64,000 nucleotides of DNA from Synechococcus sp. SFB_27S_18OctNov_coas_78 (GCA_040260695.1 JBDQPG010000002.1:8171-72170); one strand, 5' to 3'. Shown: positions 10,300-20,501, counted from the first letter of the stretch. Program-made: numbers and translations. Notes: generated by a model from the sequence alone, not told the origin.

Positions 10300-11534
10300 C
10301 GGAGGCCAGCGAAGGAGCGGCGGCTTTGGCGGACCACCGAGAGGCACAGTCCTAAGGAAATGAAATTCACGACCATCGCTGAACGCCCATAGCTCAGGAA
10401 TGGCAGGGGAATCCCTGTCACAGGACCTAGACCGATGGTCATAAAGATGTTGACGACCACTTGGAACATCAACATCGTTCCAATGCCAACCACGACAAGC
10501 GATTCGAAATCACTGCGTGCATGTCTGGCCACTTGAAGCAGACGTGCCATCAGTAGAGCAAAGCTAAGAACAACGAGCAGACATCCGATAAAGCCCGTCT
10601 CTTCTCCAAGCGCACTGAAGATGAAGTCTGTGTGTTGTTCGGGAATAAATCTCAGTTTTGTGAGTTGGCCTTGCAAGAGTCCTGCCCCGAATAAACCTCC
10701 AGAACCAATCCCTACGGTGCTTTGCAGAAGGTGATATCCACCACCTAAAGGATCTTGGCTGGGATCCAGGAACAGCACGAGCCTGTCGCGTTGATAATCC
10801 TTTAAACCATGCATCCAAAGCCATGGAGTCACGATGGCCATGGCTCCATGAAGCGCCATCGTGATGGTGGCAGCGATGCGTTTCCAGGGCAATGACCGGT
10901 ATGCCAGCAGCGCCATCAATGGAATCCATAGGACCATCGCCCAGGGGAAAATACCGGCTAAAAGGGCTGTTACGAGCGGGGATAAGAGCAAAATCACCCA
11001 CTCAATGGGCATCCCAGACCAATAGAGCATCGTCAGCATCAGGGCCCCAAACACGAGGGAGGTGCCGAGATCGGGCTGGATGAAGACCAGCAGCCACGGA
11101 ATTGAGATCACCGCGAGGGGGCGTAAGACATCCACTGGGCGTTCCACTGGATGCTTCGAGAGCACAGCCGCCAGCAGAAGAATCGCCGCAATTTTGGCGA
11201 ACTCCGAGGGTTGAACATGGATGCCTCCGATGCTGATCCAGCGTTGGGCGCCAAGGGCGGTCGTGCCAATGAGCCGAACGGCAACAAGACTGGCCACGGT
11301 GAGCCCGAAAATTGGAAGGAGAAAGGGTTTGAGGCGTTGGAGGGGTAGCCGTTCCAAGATGAAGGCCATGCCAACGCCGACGGCCGCCGTAATCCAGTGG
11401 TGGTACCAGTCCGCGTAGTTCGCTTGGCGCTGGGTGCTTGCAATCAAAAGACCAGCAATAGCGACCATGGCGATCGGTAACCCCCAGAGAATCCACTCCC
11501 GTTGAGGTCGATGGCGGTGATTCCTGGCGAACAT
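10296..11534 (-). CDS. rodA: Rod shape-determining protein RodA (SEDS family)
   Basis: GAQRWI, QPSEFAK, QPDLGT, PEQHTDFIF, PVTGIPLPFLSYG; multiple TM segments. Confidence 0.95.
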   Translation of the reverse strand: MFARNHRHRPQREWILWGLPIAMVAIAGLLIASTQRQANYADWYHHWITAAVGVGMAFILERLPLQRLKPFLLPIFGLTVASLVAVRLIGTTALGAQRWISIGGIHVQPSEFAKIAAILLLAAVLSKHPVERPVDVLRPLAVISIPWLLVFIQPDLGTSLVFGALMLTMLYWSGMPIEWVILLLSPLVTALLAGIFPWAMVLWIPLMALLAYRSLPWKRIAATITMALHGAMAIVTPWLWMHGLKDYQRDRLVLFLDPSQDPLGGGYHLLQSTVGIGSGGLFGAGLLQGQLTKLRFIPEQHTDFIFSALGEETGFIGCLLVVLSFALLMARLLQVARHARSDFESLVVVGIGTMLMFQVVVNIFMTIGLGPVTGIPLPFLSYGRSAMVVNFISLGLCLSVVRQSRRSFAGLR

Positions 11535-11536
11535 TT

Positions 11537-12619
11537 TTAGGCCGGTGTGGCGACCTGTTGCTGAACCCGTTTGGCAAGCGCTGAGAATTCCTTGGCACTC
11601 GCAGAGCTGCTGCGGCTGATCACAATCGGACTTCCACTGTCACCGCCTTCTTGGACTGGCATCTCCATCGGGACTTGGGCCAACAACGGCACGTCGTAGT
11701 CATCGGCTAGGCGCCGACCGCCGCCACTGCCGAATAGGGCATATCGGCGATCGGGCATGTCGGGGGGGATGAATTCGCTCATGTTTTCAACAACACCCAG
11801 AACCGGGATCCCCAGTTGGCGGAACATCGCTAGGCCACGGCGAGCATCTTGTAATGACACGAGCTGAGGGGTTGTGACAATGATCACCCCCGCCATGGGG
11901 ACCGCTTGAGCAAGGGACAGTTGAGCGTCACCGGTGCCTGGTGGTAAATCCACAACGAGAACGTCCCTTTCACCCCATTCGGCCTGGTACAAAAACTGGC
12001 GAATGATGCCATTCAGCATCGGACCACGCCAGATCACGGGCTGATGCTCATCGATGAGGAGGCCCATGGACACCATGGCGATGCCGCAACTCTCAATCGG
12101 CTTAATCCTCTGTGTGTCTCCGCTGCCGGTCACTTCTGGCGTTTGGTTGGCAATCCCCAGCATCGTGGGGGCATTGGGGCCGTAGATGTCTGCATCCAAA
12201 AGCCCAACACGCAAACCCTGTTGGGCCAACGCGCAGGCAAGATTGACGGCCACCGTGCTTTTGCCAACACCCCCTTTGCCGCTGCTGACGGCGATGACCT
12301 GCCGAACACCAGGAATGGATTGGCGTTCAGCAGGCTGCCCATGGCCGGCTTGGCCAATACCGCCTTGGCTGGGGTTGGGTGCTTGACCTACTTCAATTTG
12401 GACGTCGTTGATCCCGTCTAGACCCATCAACAGCTCGCGAGCTTCCGCTGCAATGCGTTCACGCTGGCTCTGGGCAAAACCAGGAAGATTGAGTCGGAAA
12501 ACGGCCCGGGGAGGAGAAACCCGGACCTGATCAATCCAGCCGAGTTCCAGGGTCGTTTTGCCGCTTCCGGCGTCTTTGATCTGTTCGAGCGCTCTGGTCG
12601 CCTGCTCGGCCGATGTCAT
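11537..12619 (-). CDS. mrp: Mrp/ApbC/NBP35 Fe-S cluster carrier ATPase
   Basis: [36 protein letters not shown]. Confidence 0.93.
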   Translation of the reverse strand: MTSAEQATRALEQIKDAGSGKTTLELGWIDQVRVSPPRAVFRLNLPGFAQSQRERIAAEARELLMGLDGINDVQIEVGQAPNPSQGGIGQAGHGQPAERQSIPGVRQVIAVSSGKGGVGKSTVAVNLACALAQQGLRVGLLDADIYGPNAPTMLGIANQTPEVTGSGDTQRIKPIESCGIAMVSMGLLIDEHQPVIWRGPMLNGIIRQFLYQAEWGERDVLVVDLPPGTGDAQLSLAQAVPMAGVIIVTTPQLVSLQDARRGLAMFRQLGIPVLGVVENMSEFIPPDMPDRRYALFGSGGGRRLADDYDVPLLAQVPMEMPVQEGGDSGSPIVISRSSSASAKEFSALAKRVQQQVATPA

Positions 12620-12736
12620 CTGCTGCTCAGATCCAGCTGAAATTCTAGGAGGATCTCCCATGACAGACCCTCACGGAGTCTTGTCGGGGTCTGGTCTGAC
12701 CTGTTTAAGTTTTTTCACCGGTTTTACTTTGAAGGA

Positions 12737-13825
12737 ATGGTCCGCTCCCTGATTCGCCGCGTTTTCGGACGCCAGGAGTCCGATCAATCCCTGCTCCAGT
12801 TGGAACTTCCACCAAAAGATTCGCGGGATCGGGCCCGTTCCATGGTGATGGGCCTGCAGGACGAAATCTGTTCGGGTCTGGAGGCACTGGATGGGGAAGG
12901 GCGCTTCAAAGAAGAAAGCTGGGTTCGTCCTGAGGGAGGAGGTGGCCGTTCGCGCGTGATGCGCGAAGGGCGGGTGTTTGAGCAGGGCGGCGTGAATTTC
13001 TCTGAGGTTCAGGGAAACGAATTGCCGCCTTCAATCCTTAAGCAACGGCCAGAAGCCAAGGGACATCCTTGGTTTGCGACCGGTACGTCGATGGTGCTGC
13101 ATCCCCGAAATCCCTACATCCCGACGGTGCACCTCAATTACCGATATTTCGAGGCTGGTCCCGTTTGGTGGTTTGGAGGTGGAGCAGACCTAACGCCGTA
13201 TTACCCCTTCCTCGACGATGCGCGTCATTTCCATCGCACCCATCAACAGGCCTGTAATTCTGTGCATCCCAACCTGCACAAGGTGTTTAAGCCCTGGTGC
13301 GATGAATACTTTTATCTAAAGCACCGTGCTGAAACCCGCGGCGTTGGTGGAATTTTTTATGACTACCAGGATTCGAGAGGGACGCTCTACAAGGGGCAGG
13401 ATCCAACTGGAGCAGCAGCCAAGGTTTCATTAGAACTTGGTGCTACTCCGTTGAGTTGGGAACAACTGTTCAGCCTTGGCCAGGCGAATGGCAGGGCTTT
13501 TTTACCCTCCTATGCACCGATCGTTGAAAAGCGCCATTCGACCGACTATGGCGATCGCGAACGGGATTTTCAGCTTTACCGCCGCGGTCGATATGTGGAG
13601 TTCAACCTGGTTTGGGATCGCGGCACCATTTTTGGTCTTCAAACCAACGGCCGTACGGAATCAATCCTGATGTCGCTCCCACCATTGGTGCGTTGGGAGT
13701 ACGGCTACACCGCCGATGCTGGCTCTCGCGAAGCCCTCTTAACAGACCTCTTCACCACGCCCCAGGATTGGTTGGGCGATCCATCGCTGGAGGACCGTTG
13801 CCGGCCTCACCAGGCGATCAACTAA
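12737..13825 (+). CDS. hemF: Oxygen-dependent coproporphyrinogen III oxidase
   Basis: [54 protein letters not shown]. Confidence 0.98.
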   Translation: MVRSLIRRVFGRQESDQSLLQLELPPKDSRDRARSMVMGLQDEICSGLEALDGEGRFKEESWVRPEGGGGRSRVMREGRVFEQGGVNFSEVQGNELPPSILKQRPEAKGHPWFATGTSMVLHPRNPYIPTVHLNYRYFEAGPVWWFGGGADLTPYYPFLDDARHFHRTHQQACNSVHPNLHKVFKPWCDEYFYLKHRAETRGVGGIFYDYQDSRGTLYKGQDPTGAAAKVSLELGATPLSWEQLFSLGQANGRAFLPSYAPIVEKRHSTDYGDRERDFQLYRRGRYVEFNLVWDRGTIFGLQTNGRTESILMSLPPLVRWEYGYTADAGSREALLTDLFTTPQDWLGDPSLEDRCRPHQAIN

Positions 13826-14648
13826 CGCCTTTCACAAGAGCGTTGACGACCCGTAAACCCAGGCATTCAATCGTCTGGGCCCGTGTCGCTTGATTGCGAA
13901 GTTTTTGTTCCAAAGGATCTTCGAGTATTCCGATTTCCAGAATGCCAATCCCGCGACGGGGACCTCCGAGGCCGCCTCGAAACAATCTTGGGAAGCGTCC
14001 AAACGACTGCGCGATGGACTCATCCAGCTGATTCAGAGGGCGATTAATGGCGGGGATGAGTCCTGAGCCAAAGCCATAGGGGCTGTAAGCATCGAAGTGA
14101 ATTTCAAGGATGTAGTCGCCCTTGCTGGAGCGAACGCGAGCTTGGGACCAATTGGTTCTGGGGTCGTTGTCATCTCGAATGGTGAGCTGGGGTGGGACAT
14201 ACGACGTGATGTTCAGACCTCGCTCCTGCCCGAGTCGCACGACGGCGCTCTGCACTTGAAGATTCCAGTAGAGCTCGTCACGCATGGCGCCGTTCATGGG
14301 CGGCAGTTTGCGCACGTCGACTGCATAGCCGGGCGTTCCAGCGCTACCCAGATTTTGTGAGTCGGCATGGCCAGCCATCACCACGATCGGGATGGTTGAT
14401 GGCACTATTCCTCGGCCGACCCATCGTCCGGGCTCTTTGGTGCGGCGGCCCAGCAGAGGATCAGGGTTGGCGGCAGGTGGGCAGCGTTTTAGATCGGTTC
14501 CACGGCTTTCTGCTGCTGCGGGTTTCGCCATGGGAAGCCAATTTTGTTCGCCCAAAGCCTGAGTACAGACCATTCCCACAGCGGTCAAAACGCTGATGGA
14601 CAGCGGAACGGTGATCGGTGCGCGACGCATCCAGCTGGGGATAGGCAT
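13818..14648 (-). CDS. Exported N-acetylmuramoyl-L-alanine amidase-like (Amidase_3 fold) protein
   Basis: Hydrophobic N-terminus; candidate Zn ligands in MAGHADS, DELYWN and LEIHFDA, catalytic Glu in ILEIG. Confidence 0.6.
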   Translation of the reverse strand: MPIPSWMRRAPITVPLSISVLTAVGMVCTQALGEQNWLPMAKPAAAESRGTDLKRCPPAANPDPLLGRRTKEPGRWVGRGIVPSTIPIVVMAGHADSQNLGSAGTPGYAVDVRKLPPMNGAMRDELYWNLQVQSAVVRLGQERGLNITSYVPPQLTIRDDNDPRTNWSQARVRSSKGDYILEIHFDAYSPYGFGSGLIPAINRPLNQLDESIAQSFGRFPRLFRGGLGGPRRGIGILEIGILEDPLEQKLRNQATRAQTIECLGLRVVNALVKGVS

Positions 14649-14651
14649 GGT

Positions 14652-15209
14652 TCAGATGGGTGATGTCAGCAGGGAGCCATCACTGGCCAGTTGCAGAGAC
14701 TCGGCCAGTTCAAGTTCGATCGCAATTAATTCATCTCGGTGGGCTCGCAGTCTCAAGGCGCTTCCCCCTTGGGCTGGTGCATCCAATAGACGCAGTTCAA
14801 GCGTTTCTGTACGAGCGGCCCGGCGGCTGTAAATCACTCCGGCGAGGGGTCCCAGGCCGATGAGTGGCAGCAGGGACCACCAGGCGAGTTGTGGTGCTAA
14901 GTGCTGCAGAACCAATCCGAAGCAGGCGGAACCGATGGTGCCGAGAATGGACAGCAAGATGGCGAGGGGTTGGCTTGAGGCGACCTGTCCTTGAAAGCGC
15001 AGAACCTGTCGTTCTGCATCTCCGCCATCACGGTTCCAGCCGCGTTGTTCCAGCCAGCTGCTCAGTCCTTCGAGCACGGCCAGGGGAGATTGCGGGGAAG
15101 TGATATCCACCACAGTTGTTCTGTCCTTGCTGGCTGCACGCAAGAAAAACACCAGGCCAATGGCAAGGAGGATCGTGAGCAACAGGATGGACTGGAAGCC
15201 CGGCGGCAT
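14652..15209 (-). CDS. ccb1: Cytochrome b6f heme ci assembly factor CCB1-like
   Basis: LLAIGLVFFLRAASKDRT, three TM segments, C-terminal AHRDEL. Confidence 0.8.
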   Translation of the reverse strand: MPPGFQSILLLTILLAIGLVFFLRAASKDRTTVVDITSPQSPLAVLEGLSSWLEQRGWNRDGGDAERQVLRFQGQVASSQPLAILLSILGTIGSACFGLVLQHLAPQLAWWSLLPLIGLGPLAGVIYSRRAARTETLELRLLDAPAQGGSALRLRAHRDELIAIELELAESLQLASDGSLLTSPI

Positions 15210-15271
15210 GGATCCCCCCAAATCGATGCGTCCTTTCTAAGAGGGCGCGTTTTAAAGGGGCGTGTTTTGAG

Positions 15272-15667
15272 TTAGTTCAATGCGAATCCATGGGAATTCA
15301 GCCACGTTCTCCATGGACCCATCAGCCGTTCTGCTTGGCTGCGTGCCTCGGCTTGCAGGTGCAACATCCGGCGTGGGCGTCCCCTGGATGGACAGCGTTC
15401 GGTGTAACTGCTGATCGATCCTTGTTGCTCAAGGAAGTCCAAAGCTTGTTGAAGCACCGTCTCAGAAAGGCGTAATTGGGGTTCGGCTTGGATCAGCTGC
15501 TTCAGGAGGCAAGAGGGGTAACTGTCGTCCTTGAGCAGGCATTCCAAAATCCAGCACACCGCAAGTTCCAGATCGAGAAACTGTGGTGGTGGCTGATGAA
15601 AGTACTGTTCGATGTCTGCGAGGCAGGTGCGTGAGGGCTTGCGACGGGAGAACACGACGAGGAACAC
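15272..15667 (-). CDS. pex: Pex-like PadR-family regulator (circadian period extender); start uncertain
   Basis: DIEQYFHQPPPQFLDLELAVCWIL...DSY, RLSETVL, RGRPRRM winged-helix signature. Confidence 0.8.
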   Translation of the reverse strand: MFLVVFSRRKPSRTCLADIEQYFHQPPPQFLDLELAVCWILECLLKDDSYPSCLLKQLIQAEPQLRLSETVLQQALDFLEQQGSISSYTERCPSRGRPRRMLHLQAEARSQAERLMGPWRTWLNSHGFALN

Positions 15668-15769
15668 ACTGCCCCCATCAAAGTCGATCTCATTTTGAGT
15701 TTCAAGAGGGATTGTCTTGGTTGTTCAGGTCTCGGCCGGCGAGACTGGTCTGATTCATCTGCTGGGGCT

Positions 15770-16414
15770 ATGGCCAGTTCTCCTTCCATTCCTGCCGAGT
15801 TCGGCGTATTTGATGGGGACTTGGATGCGTCTTGGACGGAGCGGTATCTCCAGATGTCTTGTCTTGCGGTGGATACCGAAGCCATGGGCCTGATCCATGG
15901 CCGCGACCGCCTCTGCTTGGTTCAGATCGCTGATGCACAAGATCGTGTTGCCTGTGTGCGCATTGGTCTGGGGCAATCCAGCGCCCCTAACCTTCAACGT
16001 CTCTTTGAGGCCTCAACCGTTGAGAAGGTGTTTCACTTCGCCCGGTTTGATGTGGCTGCCCTGGCGGCTGGGCTTGGTATCGCTGTTCAGCCATTGTTTT
16101 GCACCAAGGTGGGCAGCCGTTTGGGACGGACGTACACCCCGCGCCATGGCCTGAAGGACTTGGTGATGGAGCTGGTGGGCGTCGAGCTCGATAAGGGAGC
16201 TCAGAGCAGTGACTGGGGGAGGGTGGATGAGCTCACGGATGTGCAGCTCGCCTATGCCGCCAATGACGTGCGTTACCTACTCCCAGCAAGGAACCAGCTG
16301 GAAACGATGCTGCGTCGGGAGGGACGTTGGGATTTGGCACAACGTTGTTTTGCCTGTATTCCCGTGATGGCTGAATTGGACAGGCTGCGTTTTCACCAAA
16401 CCTTTGAACATTGA
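15770..16414 (+). CDS. rnd: Ribonuclease D-like 3'-5' exonuclease
   Basis: AVDTEAMGL, RDRLCLVQ, KVFHFARFD, QSSDWG, YAANDV (DEDDy). Confidence 0.9.
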   Translation: MASSPSIPAEFGVFDGDLDASWTERYLQMSCLAVDTEAMGLIHGRDRLCLVQIADAQDRVACVRIGLGQSSAPNLQRLFEASTVEKVFHFARFDVAALAAGLGIAVQPLFCTKVGSRLGRTYTPRHGLKDLVMELVGVELDKGAQSSDWGRVDELTDVQLAYAANDVRYLLPARNQLETMLRREGRWDLAQRCFACIPVMAELDRLRFHQTFEH

Positions 16415-16449
16415 CCGCGTGAACACTGACCGCGTGAACCCTGGCCGCG
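16405..16449. repeat. Three tandem 15-nt direct repeats
   Basis: TGAACATTGACCGCG / TGAACACTGACCGCG / TGAACCCTGGCCGCG. Confidence 0.85.
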
Positions 16450-16458
16450 GTTGGGTGA

Positions 16459-16716
16459 TCAGTCCTCAAGGATGAAATTGCTGTCCCCCTCGCTGTCTTT
16501 CAGCAGGTCATCCAGGGTCGCGGCATGGTTGCTGTCTCCCTGATCCAGGGCATCCAACATCGATTGGACGAGCAGCCGTCGCGTTTCAACATCCCGCTTG
16601 CCCTCCTTCGCAGCAGCTTGATCCACTTGTCGCCGAGCACTGGCCAAGCTGATGCTCAATCTGCTGGCCAGTTGGGCGCAGAGTTTCACGTACAAGGGAT
16701 CTTGAATCGAAGCCAT
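16459..16716 (-). CDS. Small hypothetical protein (85 aa)
   Basis: ATG-started ORF filling the gap between flanking genes; helical, acidic C-terminus. Confidence 0.7.
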   Translation of the reverse strand: MASIQDPLYVKLCAQLASRLSISLASARRQVDQAAAKEGKRDVETRRLLVQSMLDALDQGDSNHAATLDDLLKDSEGDSNFILED

Positions 16717-16741
16717 CGCTCTCGTCTCGAGCTCCTCAGTA

Positions 16742-17977
16742 TCAGTGCAGGTGGTCCAGGATCAGCTTGGCGAGCCGATCGCTACCCCCTGATGGTCCCA
16801 TGCGCTGTTGACCGATCTGACCCAGCTTTCGCCGCAAAACTGCATCCGCTAAAAGCCTCTCGAGGGCACTCACGAGCGCAATCGGGGTTGAACAAGGCTG
16901 CACTGAGCCGCCAAGCAAGCGACTTTGTCTGCGCGCAAAACTGGCCTTGAATTGAGGGCCAGGACCCGGCAGCGACAGGGCTGGGATTCCCAGCCCCACG
17001 AGTTGTTCAGTTGCTGTTCCAGCTGTGGCAAGGCCCACTTCAGCCCAGCCGCTCCAGATTTCAAAACAGGAACGTCCAATGAGCAGCATGCAGGGGCCTT
17101 TGACCCAACAGGTTTCTGCGCCGAGTTGATCCGATGGAGGCAAACTCCGCCTAAACCCACGCTTTTCCAAACTGGTTTGAAATCCAGTTGCTGAAGGTTC
17201 GGCCCCCGCTGCGACGAGAAAAGCCATCGGTACGGAAGAGCGCACCAGGTTGATTGCCTCCAGCAATCGATCGAAGTTGGCCTGGGCTTCAGGCATTCGG
17301 CTTCCACACAGGACAAGCACTCTTCGGCAGCGCTCGAGTGCTTTGGGAACCGTCCGTAGTCGGATGCCATCCATCATCGGATTGCCCGGTGCTTGTGCGG
17401 GTACCCGATGGCGGCGCAGGCCGCGGGCGGTGAGTGGATCACGCATCGCCACCAGTTGGCAACGCTTGGAACGCATCAATATCCATTCCCATGGATCCCA
17501 TTCACTGCCTTTCATTCGGTGATAGCGATCGCTTAGGTCTCGGCCTGGACCACTGCGCCACGTGTAGTCACTTTTTGGAGTCCCAATGAATCCGAAGCGA
17601 GCGCCACTGCTCCAGGCCATCAGAAGAGGGAAAAGATCCCCAATCGCGATGAGAAAGCGTCCCTGGTGTGCTCGTCGTTGAACGAGGCGCCATTGCCCCC
17701 AGCTCAGCAGTGGCAGTCCAGCCCAAACATCGCGGGCCATGCCCCGCAGGCTTTGGTTGCTAAACCCTCCACTTGGCAAGCTTGCCTTCGGTCCAATGTG
17801 TTGTAACCACCCAGCTTTCACCCCTGTTTCAAAGGCTCTCCCTTGGCCCACTAAAGGCATCACCTCCAGCGGAAGTTGTGGGCTTTGGTGATGTAGTGCT
17901 TCAAGGATGCGAAGGGCAATGAGATCTTCGCCATGGCCATTGCAAATCACCAGAAGTGTTGGTGAAGCGTGGCTGAT
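16742..17977 (-). CDS. Lipid-A-disaccharide synthase-related glycosyltransferase (start uncertain, about 17950-17977)
   Basis: N-terminal NGHGEDLIA, LPSGGF, GTPKSDY, GNPMMD, GTATEQLVGLG, GPGPQF. Confidence 0.8.
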   Translation of the reverse strand: MSHASPTLLVICNGHGEDLIALRILEALHHQSPQLPLEVMPLVGQGRAFETGVKAGWLQHIGPKASLPSGGFSNQSLRGMARDVWAGLPLLSWGQWRLVQRRAHQGRFLIAIGDLFPLLMAWSSGARFGFIGTPKSDYTWRSGPGRDLSDRYHRMKGSEWDPWEWILMRSKRCQLVAMRDPLTARGLRRHRVPAQAPGNPMMDGIRLRTVPKALERCRRVLVLCGSRMPEAQANFDRLLEAINLVRSSVPMAFLVAAGAEPSATGFQTSLEKRGFRRSLPPSDQLGAETCWVKGPCMLLIGRSCFEIWSGWAEVGLATAGTATEQLVGLGIPALSLPGPGPQFKASFARRQSRLLGGSVQPCSTPIALVSALERLLADAVLRRKLGQIGQQRMGPSGGSDRLAKLILDHLH

Positions 17978-18010
17978 ACGATCGCTTTGAGGGACCGAAG
18001 GGTCCTGAGC

Positions 18011-18081
18011 GGCGGCATGGCCAAGTGGTAAGGCAGAGGATTGCAAATCCTTTATCCCCAGTTCGAATCTGGGTGCCGCCT
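18011..18081 (+). tRNA. tRNA-Cys(GCA)
   Basis: GGCGGCA/TGCCGCC acceptor stem, anticodon loop TTGCAAA, T-loop GTTCGAAT. Confidence 0.97.
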
Positions 18082-18224
18082 TCTTCAACATTGACCGAAG
18101 GAGTCGAAAGGTTTGATCCTTTCGTGATTTTACGTGCGACGACACAAGCGGTTTAACGGTGAAGCACCACCTCATTCGCTTTAGTCTCCCAAATGTCACT
18201 GGGAACGATGAGGGTTTTGGGCGT

Positions 18225-18773
18225 TCAACGTTTGCCCTTGGCATAGGCGGTATCTCCTCGCCGCGATCGACTTGCACAGTGAATCGTTGAAGCGTCGAAT
18301 GTGCAGCTTCCGGAGGTTTTTAGGGCATGTGGTGCAGTTTTCGGTAATCCCCGATGATCAAAAGTGGTCCAGGATGTGCTGGTCACCGTCCCGTTCCAGG
18401 GCGTTGCATTGAGTTTGCAATGGCCGTAATGGCACGCAAGAGGGGAGGTGCCGGTGGGATTGCTCGCCACGAAAGTGAGTTGGTAACTCGTTTTTGATGT
18501 TGTATCGACACCAAAAAAGCGGATGCGGAGTCCATCAGCTCCGATTGCACTGATTTGGACGCGACCGCACGCTTGTTTGGTTTGGTTGTGTTCCAGTTGG
18601 CAGTTGCTCAGACCCTGATCAAAACGCCCAAATGCTGATAATGCGTTGGCCGCAGCAATGACTGGAATCAGACAAAAGCTGAGAACGCTGAAGCTCATTA
18701 ATAGTCGTTGTCGGCGACGCACATGCCAAGGCAGCGAATTCCGTTTGTTGCTGTTCGGCGGCAATGGTTGCAA
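18225..18773 (-). CDS. Hypothetical exported Cys-rich protein
   Basis: Basic N-region (RRRQR), hydrophobic stretch, ANA signal-peptidase-like site, six Cys in the mature part. Confidence 0.6.
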   Translation of the reverse strand: MQPLPPNSNKRNSLPWHVRRRQRLLMSFSVLSFCLIPVIAAANALSAFGRFDQGLSNCQLEHNQTKQACGRVQISAIGADGLRIRFFGVDTTSKTSYQLTFVASNPTGTSPLACHYGHCKLNATPWNGTVTSTSWTTFDHRGLPKTAPHALKTSGSCTFDASTIHCASRSRRGDTAYAKGKR

Positions 18774-18882
18774 AGAATTTGTTCCTCTTCAATGGGGTCG
18801 TTGTCATGAGACCTTGGCGTTGACATGCTCGGGGATGATGTCGTCATGTTGGGTTCAGGCATGGAGAATCTGATCTAAGAAG

Positions 18883-19872
18883 GTGATCATGGCTGGCAGA
18901 GGCTTAAGCCGGTTGAACAGCATCGGTTTTGGGACTTGGGCCTGGGGGAATGAATTTGTTTGGGGATACGACCCGACGACCGACGACGGGCGACTTGCTG
19001 CCACGTTTCACCAGGCTCTCAGCTCAGGGTTAAACCTCATCGACACTGCCGATTCCTACGGCACGGGTCGTTTCAATGGCCGCAGCGAAAGTCTGCTCGG
19101 AAGCTTTATTGATGCTCTACCGGCATCGCGTCGCTCCCAATTAGTGGTGGCGACGAAGTTGGCACCTTTCCCGTGGCGTCAGGGGAGAAAGGGTCTGCAT
19201 CCAGCCTTTGATGCAAGTCAAAGGCGGTTAGGTGGTCATCTAAAGCGGGTCCAGTTGCACTGGAGTACAGCGCGCTATGCGCCCTGGCAGGAAGCAGCAT
19301 TGTTGGATGGTTTGACGGATCTCGTTCTGGATCACCGCGTGGAAGAGTTGGGGGTTTCGAATGTGGGACCTCGTCGTTTGCGTTGGATGTACGACCGGCT
19401 CATTACGCGAGGGGTCAAGCTGCGCAGTGTGCAGATTCAATGGTCGTTGCTATCCCCTGGGTCGGCTCAGGCCCAAGAGTTGTTGGATCTCTGTCGGGCC
19501 TTGGATGTTGAAGTCTTGGCCTACAGCCCTTTGGCCTTTGGGGTGTTGGGCTGTGTTCCGGGTGAGGAGCCTCGGCCGTCAACTTGGATCCGACAACGAT
19601 TGTTCCGCCGTTTGCTGCCTGCCAGTTGTCAAATTAGGCAGCTGCTTCTTGCCATAGCCAAAGAAAGAGGGGTCTCCATGGTTCAAGTGGCGCTGAATTG
19701 GTGTCGGGCGACAGGAACAACTCCAATTCCTGGCCTACGAACACCACAGCAAGCGGTGGATGTGGCGGGCGCGTTGACATGGAATCTGGGAGAAGCGGAG
19801 TGCTTTGCACTTAATCAAGAGAGGGAACGCTGCATTAAGACCATGCCTTCGAATCCCTTTCAAAGTCCTTGA
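18883..19872 (+). CDS. Aldo/keto reductase
   Basis: IGFGTWAWG, IDTADSYG, VATK, QLHW, GVSN, LAYSPL, QVALNW, PIPG. Confidence 0.92.
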   Translation: MIMAGRGLSRLNSIGFGTWAWGNEFVWGYDPTTDDGRLAATFHQALSSGLNLIDTADSYGTGRFNGRSESLLGSFIDALPASRRSQLVVATKLAPFPWRQGRKGLHPAFDASQRRLGGHLKRVQLHWSTARYAPWQEAALLDGLTDLVLDHRVEELGVSNVGPRRLRWMYDRLITRGVKLRSVQIQWSLLSPGSAQAQELLDLCRALDVEVLAYSPLAFGVLGCVPGEEPRPSTWIRQRLFRRLLPASCQIRQLLLAIAKERGVSMVQVALNWCRATGTTPIPGLRTPQQAVDVAGALTWNLGEAECFALNQERERCIKTMPSNPFQSP

Positions 19873-19880
19873 TATTTGAG

Positions 19881-20501
19881 TCAGGCTTCAGAGACTGACT
19901 CCGGCGCTGGACTGACGACGACTGGAAGGCTGTCACTGTCGCTTCGAATTGGAATCACCTTTTCGGTGGCAGCTGTTGCGGCTTCCGCTGCTGCTGCTGC
20001 CGCTTGCTGTTCTTCACAGGCTGTGAGCGCTTCTTGAAGGAGTGAATCGAAGGTGGCTCCGGGCAAGCGATGACGAGCGACTTCAAGGAATGTTCGGGGA
20101 AGGGATTCACCCGCTGCATCTCGTATGGCGGGATTATTTTTCCGCTGCTCTTGCTCCTCTTCAATGGCACGCAAAAAGCGTCGTGTCACATCGCGTTTTG
20201 TTGACGCCTTAATCAGCGTGTCGCGGTCTTGAGGGCTGTGGCTAAGTTCCTGTTCAAGCTCTTGAATTCGCCGTTCAAGACTGGTAAGTACCTCATCAGC
20301 TTCCTTACTGATATGGGACAACTGGCCATCAGACAGGTGTGGCATATCAGCCACGAAGACTTTTCCGTGATCCCGAAGGGTTAAAAACGTGGGGCGAGGA
20401 GTCTGCCGATGGCCTTGACCAGACTCAAGTGGACGTCTTGGCGGTACTGGCCCTGCCGATGAACGCCGCCGTGTAAGGCGCTGTGGCTTATCAAAAGGCA
20501 T
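19881..20501 (-). CDS. Hypothetical coiled-coil protein
   Basis: 206-aa ATG ORF downstream of purM; heptad-like helices; no family recognised. Confidence 0.75.
   Translation of the reverse strand: MPFDKPQRLTRRRSSAGPVPPRRPLESGQGHRQTPRPTFLTLRDHGKVFVADMPHLSDGQLSHISKEADEVLTSLERRIQELEQELSHSPQDRDTLIKASTKRDVTRRFLRAIEEEQEQRKNNPAIRDAAGESLPRTFLEVARHRLPGATFDSLLQEALTACEEQQAAAAAAEAATAATEKVIPIRSDSDSLPVVVSPAPESVSEA

Noticed and set aside
16405-16449. Possible mini-CRISPR
   Set aside because: 15-nt units with no spacers, and no cas genes in the window.
17978-18277. N-terminal extension of the 511-aa ORF
   Set aside because: Runs antisense through tRNA-Cys; family similarity starts only near NGHGED.
19968-20005. 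GCT trinucleotide run
   Set aside because: Encodes an in-frame poly-Ala linker; ordinary low complexity.
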